64,000 nt of DNA from an uncultured Lentisphaerales bacterium (GCA_943788985.1 CALSSJ010000010.1:1-64000), one strand, 5' to 3'; counted from the stretch's first letter, positions 32,813 through 43,386 are shown. Made by a program: numbers and translations. The notes: generated by a model not told the origin, from the sequence alone.

Positions 32813-34333
32813 ATGCCTCACGTTTTGATATTCCTGCTTCTCCTCGCCGCATCCGCCTTCGCAGTCCAGCCCAACGTGGTTATCATCTATGGCGATGATG
32901 TCGGCTATGCGGACGTCGGTGCCTATGGCTCCGAACTGATTCCAACACCGAATATCGATAGACTCGCGGCCGGTGGCCTGCGCTTCACCGATGGGCATTG
33001 CTCTGCAGCGACCTGTACGCCCTCGCGTTTTTCGCTACTTACTGGCGTACATGCATTCCGCCACGGCGTGCGCGTTCTCGGCCCCAACGCCCCACTCACC
33101 ATCCCCCTGGGCGCCATGACCCTGCCGAAGCTGTTCGGCAAGGCGGACTACGCGACTGCGGTGATCGGTAAGTGGCACCTCGGCATTGGCCAGAAAGGGA
33201 CGCCCGTGGATTGGAATGGCGAGGTCAAACCGGGCCCGCTCGAAGTGGGCTTCGACTATTGTTTTCTGCTGCCGAGTACCAACGACCGCGTGCCCTGCGT
33301 ATATCTCGAGAATCACCGCGTCGTAAACCACGATCCAAACGATCCCATCTTCATTCGCAAGACCTCACCTGATCCGCGCAGCACCATCTACCCTGATGGC
33401 AAAACCAATCGCGAGGCGATGACCTACTACCAGAGCAGCCATGGGCACAACAACAGCGTCATCAATGGCATTGGCAGAATCGGCTACATGTCTGGTGGCA
33501 AATCCGCTCTCTGGAATGACGAGACCATGGCCGACGAGTATGTGAAGCAGATGCGCAGCTACATTGCCGCGAACAAGGAGAAGCCCTTCTTTCTGTTCTT
33601 CTCGTCGCAGGATATCCATGTGCCGCGGGTCCCACATCCACGGTTCATCGGCAAGACCGAGCTCGGCCATCGCGGCGATGCCATGGTCCAGTTCGACTGG
33701 TCCACCGGCGAAATCATGAAGACTCTCGAAGAGCACAACCTGACCGAGAACACCATTGTCATCTTTTCCAGCGACAACGGCCCCGTCTACGACGATGGCT
33801 ATCGGGATGGCACAGTCACCAAGACCTCCAGCAAAGAAACCGACCACGGGCACGACGGCTCCGGCATCTATCGTGGTGGCAAGTACCAGATCTACGAAGG
33901 CGGCACGCGGGTGCCCTTGATCGTGCGCTGGCCCGCCCGCATTAAGCCCGGGATCTCCGACGCCCTCGTCAGTCAGATCGACCTGCTGGCGTCCTTCGCC
34001 AAACTTCTCGATGTCGAACTTGGCCCCGATGAAGCGCGCGATAGCCGTGAGCTGCTGGCCAGCTTTCTTGGTGAGAGCAAGACCGGCCTTCCCTTTATGA
34101 TCGAAGAGGCCAAAGGTCTGGCCTTGCGCCGCGGTGACTGGAAGTACATCCAAGGGAAAAAGTCCCAGAAGAAGAATAAGAAGCAGAATGCTAAGCCTTC
34201 TGCTGGCCAGCTCTACAATCTCAAGGCTGACCCCGGCGAGGCCAAGAACGTGATCGCAGCCCACCCAGAGGTTGCGAAGTCCCTCCAGGAGCAGCTTCAA
34301 CAGCTGGTGGATGCCGGCGGTATCCGCGAATAA
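32813..34333 (+). CDS. Secreted arylsulfatase
   Basis: Signal peptide, DDVG, CTPSR, GKWHLG, SDNG and GGKY..YEGG motifs. Confidence 0.93.
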   Translation: MPHVLIFLLLLAASAFAVQPNVVIIYGDDVGYADVGAYGSELIPTPNIDRLAAGGLRFTDGHCSAATCTPSRFSLLTGVHAFRHGVRVLGPNAPLTIPLGAMTLPKLFGKADYATAVIGKWHLGIGQKGTPVDWNGEVKPGPLEVGFDYCFLLPSTNDRVPCVYLENHRVVNHDPNDPIFIRKTSPDPRSTIYPDGKTNREAMTYYQSSHGHNNSVINGIGRIGYMSGGKSALWNDETMADEYVKQMRSYIAANKEKPFFLFFSSQDIHVPRVPHPRFIGKTELGHRGDAMVQFDWSTGEIMKTLEEHNLTENTIVIFSSDNGPVYDDGYRDGTVTKTSSKETDHGHDGSGIYRGGKYQIYEGGTRVPLIVRWPARIKPGISDALVSQIDLLASFAKLLDVELGPDEARDSRELLASFLGESKTGLPFMIEEAKGLALRRGDWKYIQGKKSQKKNKKQNAKPSAGQLYNLKADPGEAKNVIAAHPEVAKSLQEQLQQLVDAGGIRE

Positions 34334-34424
34334 GAACCAAGATGGCTCCCGCAGCGCGCCAAGACGGATATCGCCTGCTACATAGATTTTCTACATCCGC
34401 TTGATTCTTACGTGCCTATATGCA

Positions 34425-34451
34425 ATCTTACTTAAATGCTAAAAGTAAGAT
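34425..34451. promoter_or_regulatory. Putative autoregulatory operator of the vapBC pair
   Basis: ATCTTACTT-N9-AAGTAAGAT perfect inverted repeat upstream of the antitoxin ATG; extra TCTTAC half-site at about 34406. Confidence 0.6.
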
Positions 34452-34469
34452 ACCAAGAGGTGCGGACGA

Positions 34470-34715
34470 ATGATTGCAACATTGACATCCAAAGGCCAAT
34501 TGACACTGCCGAAGCCTGTTCGTGAGCAGTGTGGGCTACGCACAGGTGACCGGGTTGATTGCATTGTCAGAGAAGATGGCCTGATCGAAATAGTCCCTCT
34601 TCGTCAGCCAGCTTCAAAGCTTCGCGGCCTCCTCCCCAAGCCGAGCACTCCCGTGACCATTGAGGAGATGAACGAAGCCATCGCCAGAGGAGCTTCTGCC
34701 CATGGTGGGCATTGA
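34470..34715 (+). CDS. AbrB/MazE/SpoVT-family antitoxin
   Basis: TLTSKGQLTLPKPVR..GL..GD; overlaps the PIN gene. Confidence 0.9.
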   Translation: MIATLTSKGQLTLPKPVREQCGLRTGDRVDCIVREDGLIEIVPLRQPASKLRGLLPKPSTPVTIEEMNEAIARGASAHGGH

Positions 34716-35112
34716 CACGAATGTTCTGGTTCGCCATGTCGTGCAGGACGACGAGCGGCAGGCAGCGTTGGCCAGCGAACTCATCGAGAACCACCTCAGT
34801 GCCGAACACCATGCCCACATTCCGCTGATCGTCCTATGCGAGTTTGTCTGGGTTCTGGGCACGGCCTACGGGTATTCCCGGCAGCAGATTTCTCTTGCTC
34901 TCAGACAGCTTCTTGTTACCGACTGTTTCGCGGTCGAGAGGCATGATCTGGCCTGGACCGCATACCGAGACTACCACGTCGGAAGCGCGGACTATGCCGA
35001 CTGCCTTATCGCGCAAATCAACAGCGACCGCGGGGCTTCCCCCACATTTACCTTTGATCGTAAAGCAGCCAAAAACTCCAAGTTCTTGCTATTGACTGAG
35101 AAGAATCTGTAG
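34702..35112 (+). CDS. vapC: PIN-domain toxin (VapC family)
   Basis: IDTNVLVR, E..WVL, DYADCLI and TFD motifs. Confidence 0.9.
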   Translation: MVGIDTNVLVRHVVQDDERQAALASELIENHLSAEHHAHIPLIVLCEFVWVLGTAYGYSRQQISLALRQLLVTDCFAVERHDLAWTAYRDYHVGSADYADCLIAQINSDRGASPTFTFDRKAAKNSKFLLLTEKNL

Positions 35113-35243
35113 CTGGGTATCACACCAGGAGTAAATCGCCTCATCCTGTGATCCTGCCGTCTAAACTCCCCCGCGCCTTGCATTTTCACGTATTTGCGGA
35201 TACGGGTCCGCACTGTCGACGTAAATCCGGATCTGGATCCGCC

Positions 35244-36416
35244 ATGTATAAACGGTCGCTTAGCTTGCGCAGATCGAATAGTTTCATTCTCTTTGGGGCG
35301 CGCGGAACTGGCAAGTCTACGCTTCTGAGGGCCCTTTTTGCAGATGTAGATACCCTATGGATCGACCTGCTGCGGCCGGAGTTAGAAGACCGCTACGCGC
35401 GGCAACCAGAGTTGCTCTATGAGGAGATCAAGGGGCGGCAGGCACATCTGGAATGGGTGGTGATCGACGAGGTGCAAAAACTGCCGCGGCTGCTTGACAC
35501 GGTGCATCGTTGCATCGAGAGCGACGAGTTCAAACCGCCCCGTTTTGCGTTGACCGGTTCCAGCACCCGCAAACTCAAGCATGGCGGGGCAAACCTGTTG
35601 GCCGGCAGGGCATTCGTGAAGCATCTCCATCCGCTGCTAAATTCCGAGTTGAGTGCTGCATTTGACCTTGACGACGTCCTGAATTTTGGCGCTCTTCCGG
35701 GGCGTTTTACCTTCGCCTGTGATGAGGACCGCTGCGATTTTCTTGCGGCGTATGCATTGACCTATCTGAACGAGGAAGTCTGGGCAGAGCATCTGGTCCA
35801 GAAGCTGGCCCCGTTTCGCCGCTTTCTGGAAGTAGCGGCGCAGTGCAATGGCAAGGTCGTCAACTATAAGAAGGTGGCAAGAGACGTCTGCGCAGACGAG
35901 AAAACCGTCAAACGGTATTACCAGATTCTCGAAGACACACTTGTGGGCACACTCTTAGAACCACATCACAATTCACTCCGCAAAAGGCTGGTGAAGTCAC
36001 CAAAATTTTACTTTTTCGACCTCGGAGTGACACGAGCCCTCGCCAGAACCCTTCGCCAAAGAATCGTGCCAGCTACCTATGCCTATGGGAAGGCATTCGA
36101 GCATTTCTACATCCTTGAAGTCCTCCGCAGGAACGACTACGAGCAGATGGATTTTCGATTTACTTGGCTGCAAACGGAATCTGGGTTGGAGATCGACCTC
36201 ATTGTCGAAAGACCAGGATGCCCGCTGGTCCTGCTTGAAATCAAATCCGGAACCCAGCTCGACGACAGGGATGCTAAGGCCCTCAGGAGCTTGCGAGATC
36301 TGTTTGAAGGCTGTGTCTGTTTCGTGGTTTCCAACGACCCAATTGAGCGAGAGACGGATGGCATCTCCTTTCTCCATTGGACCAGCAGCTTTGTGGCTTT
36401 GGGATTCCAGTCCTGA
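35244..36416 (+). CDS. AAA_14 plus DUF4143 ATPase with C-terminal PD-(D/E)xK-like domain
   Basis: GARGTGKS, IDEVQK, LTGSS, LAGR, PKFYFFDLG and EIDL...EIK motifs. Confidence 0.88.
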   Translation: MYKRSLSLRRSNSFILFGARGTGKSTLLRALFADVDTLWIDLLRPELEDRYARQPELLYEEIKGRQAHLEWVVIDEVQKLPRLLDTVHRCIESDEFKPPRFALTGSSTRKLKHGGANLLAGRAFVKHLHPLLNSELSAAFDLDDVLNFGALPGRFTFACDEDRCDFLAAYALTYLNEEVWAEHLVQKLAPFRRFLEVAAQCNGKVVNYKKVARDVCADEKTVKRYYQILEDTLVGTLLEPHHNSLRKRLVKSPKFYFFDLGVTRALARTLRQRIVPATYAYGKAFEHFYILEVLRRNDYEQMDFRFTWLQTESGLEIDLIVERPGCPLVLLEIKSGTQLDDRDAKALRSLRDLFEGCVCFVVSNDPIERETDGISFLHWTSSFVALGFQS

Positions 36417-36588
36417 GCTGACGCTGTATTGCACTCTCCGGCGTGTCTTCCTAACCGTCCCGCCTTCCTGTAGAAACCACGCCACGATCCAAGGAAGTCA
36501 CGGCGCAAGACACTTGCGCATTCTTCATGGGCGCGCTACTCTTTCCGTTGCGATTCGAAACGACGACACCCGAATGGCCCCCGCAGAC

Positions 36589-38370
36589 ATGACCGCGATC
36601 CCCCGCTCCGAGCACCCCAGACCGCAGTTTTTTCGCGATCAGTGGCTGAACTTGAACGGCCGCTGGCGCTTCGACTTCGACTTTGGCGCGTCTGGCGTCG
36701 AGCGTGGGATCCCGGCCGATCCATCGTCCCTGTCGCAGGAGATCCTAGTTCCCTTTTGTCCGGAGAGCAGCCTGTCTGGCATCGGGCACACAGATTTCAT
36801 CCCGTGCGCCTGGTACCACCGCACCTTCAGCCTGCCGGAGAACTGGACTGGCGATCGGGTATTCCTGCATTTCGGCGCAGTCGACTACGACTGTCAGGTC
36901 TGGCTGAATGGTGAGCAAGTCGGACGCCATCGGGGCGGTTCGGCGTCGTTCTCGTTCGACATCACGGACGCCTTGGCCGACGGCGAGAACGACCTCGTGG
37001 TCTGCGCGACGGACGACGTACGCAGTGGCACCCAGCCCTCGGGCAAGCAGTCCGCGGCCTACGGCTCTCGCGGCTGCCACTACACCCGGGTTACCGGCAT
37101 CTGGCAGACCGTCTGGCTCGAGTCGCGGCCGGCCACACACCTGACGTCCGCCCGGATCGTGCCAGACTTGGATGGCGGACGCCTGGTTGTGACGCCGACG
37201 ATCACCGGCGCTCGGACCGGATTGCGCTTTCGGGCTACGGTGACGGCCGACGGAACAGCAGCTGGTGCCGCCGAAGCGCCAGCCGGCAGCGGGAGCGCCG
37301 TCGTTGTCCAGCTGGCCAATCCACGGCCCTGGTCACCGACCGCCCCGTTCCTCTACGATGTCCGCCTCGAGTTAGTCGACGGCGAGACGATCGTTGATTC
37401 GGTCGCCAGCTATGCCGGCCTGCGCAAGTTTCACATTGAGGGCAATCGTTTCTACCTGAACAACGAGCCCTTCTTCTTCCGCTCCGTCCTAGATCAAGGT
37501 TTCTACCCCGACGGCATCTGGACCGCCCCAAGCGACGCCGAACTCAAGGCAGACATCGAGCGAGCCAAAGCAGTCGGCTTCAATGGTGCACGCCTCCACC
37601 AAAAGGTGTTCGAAGAGCGGTTTCACTATTGGGCGGACCAGCTCGGCTACATCACATGGGGCGAGTTCTGCGATTGGGGTGCCTGGCGCCAACAGGCCAG
37701 CCTGGAGGCGTTCCACAATCTCCAAAACGAGTGGCGCGAAGTGGTGATGCGCGATCTAAACCATCCCTCGATCGTCGCCTGGACACCCTATAACGAAACG
37801 GCAGAAGTCGCCAAGGCTCACATCGAGCGCCATCGGCGTTGCGTACAAGAGACGGTGGACCTCACCCGCGCCTTGGACCCGACCCGACCGGTCAACGATT
37901 GCAGCGGCTATGTGCACGTGGACACCGACATCTACACCGTGCATTGCTATGACCAAGACGTGGCGACCTTTGCTGAAAAGTTCACAGCAGTCGCGCCAGG
38001 CGCTCGCGAGGGCTTCCACGTGAACGTCCCCGAGCTTGATGCCCCCTACGCCGGCCAGCCCTACGTAGTCGACGAATACGGCGGCACCTGGTGGCGCGAG
38101 GAGATCGCCCCAGCGCAAGCCGATCCCGCCAGTTGGGGCTACGGCAGGCCGCCCGAAGGCATCGAGGAAGTCTACGCCCGAATCGCTGGGCTGACCAAGG
38201 TCTTGACAGATCACCCCCACATCGCTGGCTACACCTACACCCAACTCACCGATGTGGAGCAGGAGCAGAACGGCATCTACACCTACGATCGCCAGCTCAA
38301 GTTCGACGCCGAGCGCCTGCGCGCCATCTTCGGCGCCTCCGCGGCAAGCGAAGGGGAAGAATCCCCATGA
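36589..38370 (+). CDS. GH2 family glycoside hydrolase (beta-galactosidase/glucuronidase-like)
   Basis: HPRPQ, LNGRW, HFGAVDY, GIWQTVWLE, NHPSIVAW..YNE and YTQLTDVEQE motifs. Confidence 0.92.
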   Translation: MTAIPRSEHPRPQFFRDQWLNLNGRWRFDFDFGASGVERGIPADPSSLSQEILVPFCPESSLSGIGHTDFIPCAWYHRTFSLPENWTGDRVFLHFGAVDYDCQVWLNGEQVGRHRGGSASFSFDITDALADGENDLVVCATDDVRSGTQPSGKQSAAYGSRGCHYTRVTGIWQTVWLESRPATHLTSARIVPDLDGGRLVVTPTITGARTGLRFRATVTADGTAAGAAEAPAGSGSAVVVQLANPRPWSPTAPFLYDVRLELVDGETIVDSVASYAGLRKFHIEGNRFYLNNEPFFFRSVLDQGFYPDGIWTAPSDAELKADIERAKAVGFNGARLHQKVFEERFHYWADQLGYITWGEFCDWGAWRQQASLEAFHNLQNEWREVVMRDLNHPSIVAWTPYNETAEVAKAHIERHRRCVQETVDLTRALDPTRPVNDCSGYVHVDTDIYTVHCYDQDVATFAEKFTAVAPGAREGFHVNVPELDAPYAGQPYVVDEYGGTWWREEIAPAQADPASWGYGRPPEGIEEVYARIAGLTKVLTDHPHIAGYTYTQLTDVEQEQNGIYTYDRQLKFDAERLRAIFGASAASEGEESP

Positions 38371-39959
38371 CCAAACGACCGAACATTCTGCTCATCATCA
38401 ACGACGACATGGGCTACTCTGACTTAGGCTGCTACGGTGGCGAAGCCCGCACGCCCAATCTGAATGCCTTGGCCGAGAATGGCCTGCGCTACACCCAGTT
38501 CTACAACACCGCCCGCTGTTGCCCGTCGCGCGCATCGATGCTCACCGGCCTCTACCCGCAGCAGGCAGACGTGGGCCACATGGTCGGCGACGACCAGATC
38601 GACGGCTACCTCGGGGACCTGAACCGCGACACCGTCACCATCGCCGAAGCGCTCGGCACCAGCGGTTACCGCAGCTACATGTGTGGCAAGTGGCATGTCA
38701 CCGGCCATATCGGCGCAGATGGGCCGAAGCACAACTGGCCGGCCAATCGCGGATTCGACGATTTCTACGGCATCATCACCGGCGCTGCGAATTACTGGAA
38801 TCCCCAGACGTTGACTCGAAACAACGAGCGCATCGCGCCCGAGCCAGGGCACTTCTTCACTGACCGCATTTCGGAGGAAGCCGTCCGCCAGATCAGCGAG
38901 CATTGTACTGACCACGCTGACACGCCCTTTTTCCAATACGTTGCCTACACCGCGCCCCACTGGCCCTTGCACGCGCATCCCGAAGACATTGCGGAGTACG
39001 CAGGTGCGTTCGACGCCGGCTGGGACACGCTCCGCGAAGAGCGCTTGGCCCGCATGGTCAAGATGGGCATCATCGACCGCCAGTGGCTGCTCACCGCCCG
39101 CGATCCCCGGGTTGCGGCTTGGGATGAGGCTGATCACAAAGAATGGCAAGCGGGCAGAATGGAAGTCTATGCCGCCCAACTCGACCGCATGGACCGCGGC
39201 ATTGGCACCATCCTGCAGTCCCTCAAGGACAACGGCCAGTGGGACAACACCCTCATTGTGTTCTTGGCCGACAACGGTGCTTGCGCCGAAGAACTCGGGC
39301 CCAAGATGGGCCAGGGAGTTCGCGAAGGCTCAGTCCCGTACGCCACCGCCCAGACCAGCGATGGCCGCGAGGTCCGCTTCGGCAACGATCCCGCGGTCAT
39401 GCCGGGCCCCGAAGACACCTACCAGAGCTGCGGTACGGCGTGGGCAAACGTCAGCAACACGCCCTTTCGGCTCTACAAGCATTGGGTGCACGAAGGCGGC
39501 ATTTCGACACCGTTCATCGCCCATTGGCCCGCCGGGATCGCCGCTCGGAATGAGCTTCGCGATCAACCCGCACAGCTGCCAGATATTATGGCCACCTTCC
39601 TCGACATTGCGGACACCGCCTATCCGGCCAGCCACAACGGTCGAACCATCAAGCCTCTGGAGGGCTTCAGCATCGTGCCAACTTTTGCGGACTCCGCACC
39701 GACTCGCGAGGTGCTGTACTGGGAGCACGAGGGCAACAAAGCAGTCCGCCGCGGAATCTGGAAGCTTGTCTGCCGCTATGGCCAAGACTGGGAGCTCTAC
39801 AACATGGCCGCAGACCGCAGCGAGACCCGCGATCTAGCCGTCACCCATCCCCGCATTGTGAGTGAGCTGACAGCTCTCCACGATGCCTGGGCCGAACGCT
39901 GCGGCGTCATGCCATGGGAGGCGCTGCAAGAGCATCGGCGCTGGCAAGAGCAGCACTGA
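38367..39959 (+). CDS. Arylsulfatase (no evident signal peptide)
   Basis: RPNIL..DDMG, CCPSR, GKWH, APHWPLHA and DNG motifs; ATGA overlap with GH2. Confidence 0.93.
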   Translation: MTKRPNILLIINDDMGYSDLGCYGGEARTPNLNALAENGLRYTQFYNTARCCPSRASMLTGLYPQQADVGHMVGDDQIDGYLGDLNRDTVTIAEALGTSGYRSYMCGKWHVTGHIGADGPKHNWPANRGFDDFYGIITGAANYWNPQTLTRNNERIAPEPGHFFTDRISEEAVRQISEHCTDHADTPFFQYVAYTAPHWPLHAHPEDIAEYAGAFDAGWDTLREERLARMVKMGIIDRQWLLTARDPRVAAWDEADHKEWQAGRMEVYAAQLDRMDRGIGTILQSLKDNGQWDNTLIVFLADNGACAEELGPKMGQGVREGSVPYATAQTSDGREVRFGNDPAVMPGPEDTYQSCGTAWANVSNTPFRLYKHWVHEGGISTPFIAHWPAGIAARNELRDQPAQLPDIMATFLDIADTAYPASHNGRTIKPLEGFSIVPTFADSAPTREVLYWEHEGNKAVRRGIWKLVCRYGQDWELYNMAADRSETRDLAVTHPRIVSELTALHDAWAERCGVMPWEALQEHRRWQEQH

Positions 39960-40083
39960 CAGCCAGAGACGGCAGGCTCTCAATTGGAGCGTGCTCTTCC
40001 CAGCACGGGGCGAAAGAACGCCACTCCCCTAGCTGACTACGAACAACGCCGTTGCCCGTTTGTAGTTAGCGACGGGAGTCGCG

Positions 40084-41010
40084 TTACAGCACGAGTGTCC
40101 CCGCGATTGCGCCGCTACTCTCGTCATCTGGTTGGCCACCGCCGACGCTGATGGCGTAGTCGCCGCTTGCGAAAATGGGCGCGCCCTTGGCGCTGTAGGC
40201 GGTAAGCTGCTTGCGCTTGATGGTCAGGCTAACGGTCTTGGTCGCGCCCGCTTTGATGCGAACCCGCTTGAAGGCCAAAAGCTGCTTGATCGGCGTCGGG
40301 ACCCGGACCGGGCTGTCCGTGACGTACACCTGGACCACTTCGTCGCCGTCGCGCTTGCCGCTGTTCTTCACCTCGACGGTCAGGGTCAAGCCATCCACCT
40401 TTAGCTTACTATACTTGGACGTTGTGTAACTCAGCCCATAGCCGAACTGGTAGAGCGCCTCCTTCTTCATGAACCGATAGGTGCGCCCCTTCATCCGGTA
40501 GTCGGTGAAGGTAGGAATATCTGCCAGCGACTTAATGAAGGTCAGGGGCAGGCGTCCGGCCGGATTGTAGTCGCCGAAGATGGCATCGGCCATTGCTTCG
40601 CCGCCAGCCTCGCCCGGATACCAGACCATCAAGATGGCCGCTCAGTGTTCCTTGGCCCAGTTGAACTCAATCGGGCTGCCTCCGGTAAGCACGAGGATCA
40701 CCGGCTTGCCGGTCGCGACCAACTTCTCCAGCAAGGCCTGCTGCTGCGTGGGCAGTCCGATGCTGACACGATCCCCGCCGCCCTCGGCATCGGGCACGCC
40801 CATGTCACCCGCCTCTTCGCCCTCCATCTCAGGTGTGACGCCCATGCAGGCGATGATCACCTCGGCATCATTCAAGGCCCAGCCGATCTCTTCTTCGATC
40901 GCACCCGAGCAGTAATTCACCTGGGTGCCCGCTGAGACCTTGCCGACCACGCCCTCGAGCAGCGTCGAGAAGCGAGAGGATAAGCCGTTGTAGTTACCCC
41001 ACAGCACGTC
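40084..41010 (-). pseudogene. C-terminal half of a GH3 beta-glucosidase/xylosidase
   Basis: EGE...GDR..I.LP..Q, WYPGEAGG, PAGRLP.TF, FGYGLSYT and EVVQVY motifs; in-frame TGA at 40642-40644; N-terminal catalytic domain absent. Confidence 0.85.
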
Positions 41011-41290
41011 ATGCCGCGAATGCGGCAGGAACCACCGGTATTCAGCGGCGTTGCCTCCGCCCTGGACGGTGTGCCAGAAGCCGTTACCGTAGGCAGATAC
41101 TCCTCCTTCGACGCATCCCCATACCGCCGATTCCCAGGAGCTTTCCAGCTGGTCTAGCTCGTCGCCGGGGTGGCATCACGAGGCGGGGAAACCGCGTCCT
41201 GCGTTGTATGTTCCTCGCACAGGCGGATTATACCGGTTCAGCCGATGCGTCCACTGGAGACGCAGACGACCTTAACAGCACGGTGTGAGA

Positions 41291-42679
41291 ATGTCGGAAT
41301 TAGACAAGTCGCTGGTTGGCTTTCATAGCAGCTTTTCCCCTGGCGAGCAAGTGACAGGCGTGATCATCTCGATCACGCGAGATTGGGTTTTCGTAGATGT
41401 CCGGGCCAAGAGCGAGGGCATCATCCCTCGCCAGGAACTAGAACGCGATGGTGAAATATCGGTCAAGGAAGGCGATGAGATTACGTCGCACTTTTCCCAC
41501 CAAGACAGCAATGGCATCCATCTCATGGTCCGCGTCGGTGGCAAGGACAGCGATCAGATCGACGAAGCGCTCGCAGACGCCGCAGCCAGCGGCATCCCCG
41601 TAGAGGGGAAGGTGGCCGAAGAACGTAAAGGCGGCTTCGAAGTCACGATTGGCTCGCAGCGAGCCTTCTGCCCCTACTCGCAAATCGACATGCATCGGCG
41701 TGATGCCGCAGACCACTTGGGCCGAGTATACAGCTTTCTGGTCACCGAGTACGCAGATGGAAACCTCGTGGTTTCGCGTCGCAAACTTATGGAGCAGGAG
41801 CAGCAGGGCCAGATCGAGGTGCTGAAGGAGCGCCTGCAGGTCGGGGAGATCATCGGAGGCGAGGTCACACGCCTCGCAGACTTTGGCGCATTTGTGGAGC
41901 TCGGTGGGACTGAAGGGCTTATTCCAATGCGCGAAATGGCCTGGAAACGGGTCGAAACCGCCGGCGATGTCGTGCAGCCTGGCCAAACCGTACAGGTCAA
42001 AATTCTGAGCTTGGACTGGGCGCGGAATCGCATTTCGCTGAGTTTGCGCGAAGCCCAAGGAGATCCGTGGGGCAAGGCTGAGAACAGCTACCACGTTTCC
42101 AATCGTTACCACGGCAAGGTCGTGCGCCTGATGCCATTCGGTGCCTTTGTCGAGCTTGAGCCCGGGATCGAAGGCCTGGTCCATATTTCGAAACTAGGCG
42201 CTGGCAAGCGCCTGCGCCACGCCGCCGAAGTTCTGCATGAAGATGAAGAGCTCGAGGTCTACATTCAGGCGATCGACATCGAGAAGCGTCGCATCTCCCT
42301 GACCATGGAGAACCCGCAATTGGGCCGCACCATGGATGTGGACGGCGCTGCGCTTACGGTTGGCCAACAGCACGTCGGCAAGGTTGAAGAGATTCGCCCA
42401 TTTGGCGTATTCGTTCGCTTGACGGACCGCCTGGTCGGGCTGCTTCATGTGAGCGAAGTATCGATCGACGGGGCGGTTAACCCGGGCAAAGCCCTGTGGA
42501 AGCGGCACCCTCCAGGATCCGAGGTGACGGTCGTCGTGAAATCGATTCATAACGATCGGGTTTCGCTGATGCTGCCTGATTCAGGTGACGATGATTCAGA
42601 CGAGTTCCGGGAGTATCTCTCGGGCAGTCAGGATGACTTCGGCAGCGTGGGCTCGGCATTCGACGGGCTGTCCCTCTAG
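41291..42679 (+). CDS. Ribosomal protein S1-like multi-S1-domain protein
   Basis: About five S1 repeats (KSEG.IP, AFCPYSQID, FGAFVEL...EGL.H.S, RISL). Confidence 0.85.
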   Translation: MSELDKSLVGFHSSFSPGEQVTGVIISITRDWVFVDVRAKSEGIIPRQELERDGEISVKEGDEITSHFSHQDSNGIHLMVRVGGKDSDQIDEALADAAASGIPVEGKVAEERKGGFEVTIGSQRAFCPYSQIDMHRRDAADHLGRVYSFLVTEYADGNLVVSRRKLMEQEQQGQIEVLKERLQVGEIIGGEVTRLADFGAFVELGGTEGLIPMREMAWKRVETAGDVVQPGQTVQVKILSLDWARNRISLSLREAQGDPWGKAENSYHVSNRYHGKVVRLMPFGAFVELEPGIEGLVHISKLGAGKRLRHAAEVLHEDEELEVYIQAIDIEKRRISLTMENPQLGRTMDVDGAALTVGQQHVGKVEEIRPFGVFVRLTDRLVGLLHVSEVSIDGAVNPGKALWKRHPPGSEVTVVVKSIHNDRVSLMLPDSGDDDSDEFREYLSGSQDDFGSVGSAFDGLSL

Positions 42680-42693
42680 CCTCGAAGCTGGTC

Positions 42694-43386
42694 ATGGCGC
42701 AGAAAATTCTGGTAGTCGAGGATGAATCGGCGATTGCCGACACCATTCAGTATGCCTTGGCCACCGAAGGGTTTGACGTGACCGTCGTCGGAACTGGCAG
42801 CGCCGCGCGCGAAGCGCTGGCTGCTGCGCAGTTTGAGTTAGCAGTGCTGGATGTCGGCCTGCCGGACTGCAATGGCTTCGACCTCTTTCGCGAACTCCGC
42901 AGATCCTCCGAACTGCCGGTGGTCTTCCTGACCGCACGAAGCGAGGAGGTCGACCGCATTGTCGGCCTGGAGATCGGTGCCGATGACTACATGGCGAAGC
43001 CGTTCAGCCCCCGCGAATTGACGGCCCGCGTCCGTGCGATCCTCCGCCGTTGCGCCAGCGCCAAGGATCCAGAGCCAGAAGTTGCGGAGTCCGCACCAGG
43101 CTTCTCGCACTGCGAGTCAGCGTGCGAAATTCGCTATCACGGTGAATTGCTGCGGCTGTCCCGCGGGGAGTATCGCCTACTGACTGCCATGCTGTCGCGA
43201 CCTGGCTGGGTCCTCTCGCGCGAGCAACTGCTCGACCTTGCCTGGGACGATCCCATGGCGAGCGAGCCGCGCACGGTCGATACGCACATCAAGACCATCC
43301 GCGCCAAGCTGCGCAAGATCACGCCAGACCAGTGCCCGATCATCACGCACCACAGCATGGGCTACTCGCTCAGTGTTGACCCATGA
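42694..43386 (+). CDS. creB: OmpR-family response regulator, CreB-like
   Basis: Receiver domain plus winged helix; RTVDTHIKTIRAKL and I.TH...GYSL are CreB-like. Confidence 0.75.
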   Translation: MAQKILVVEDESAIADTIQYALATEGFDVTVVGTGSAAREALAAAQFELAVLDVGLPDCNGFDLFRELRRSSELPVVFLTARSEEVDRIVGLEIGADDYMAKPFSPRELTARVRAILRRCASAKDPEPEVAESAPGFSHCESACEIRYHGELLRLSRGEYRLLTAMLSRPGWVLSREQLLDLAWDDPMASEPRTVDTHIKTIRAKLRKITPDQCPIITHHSMGYSLSVDP

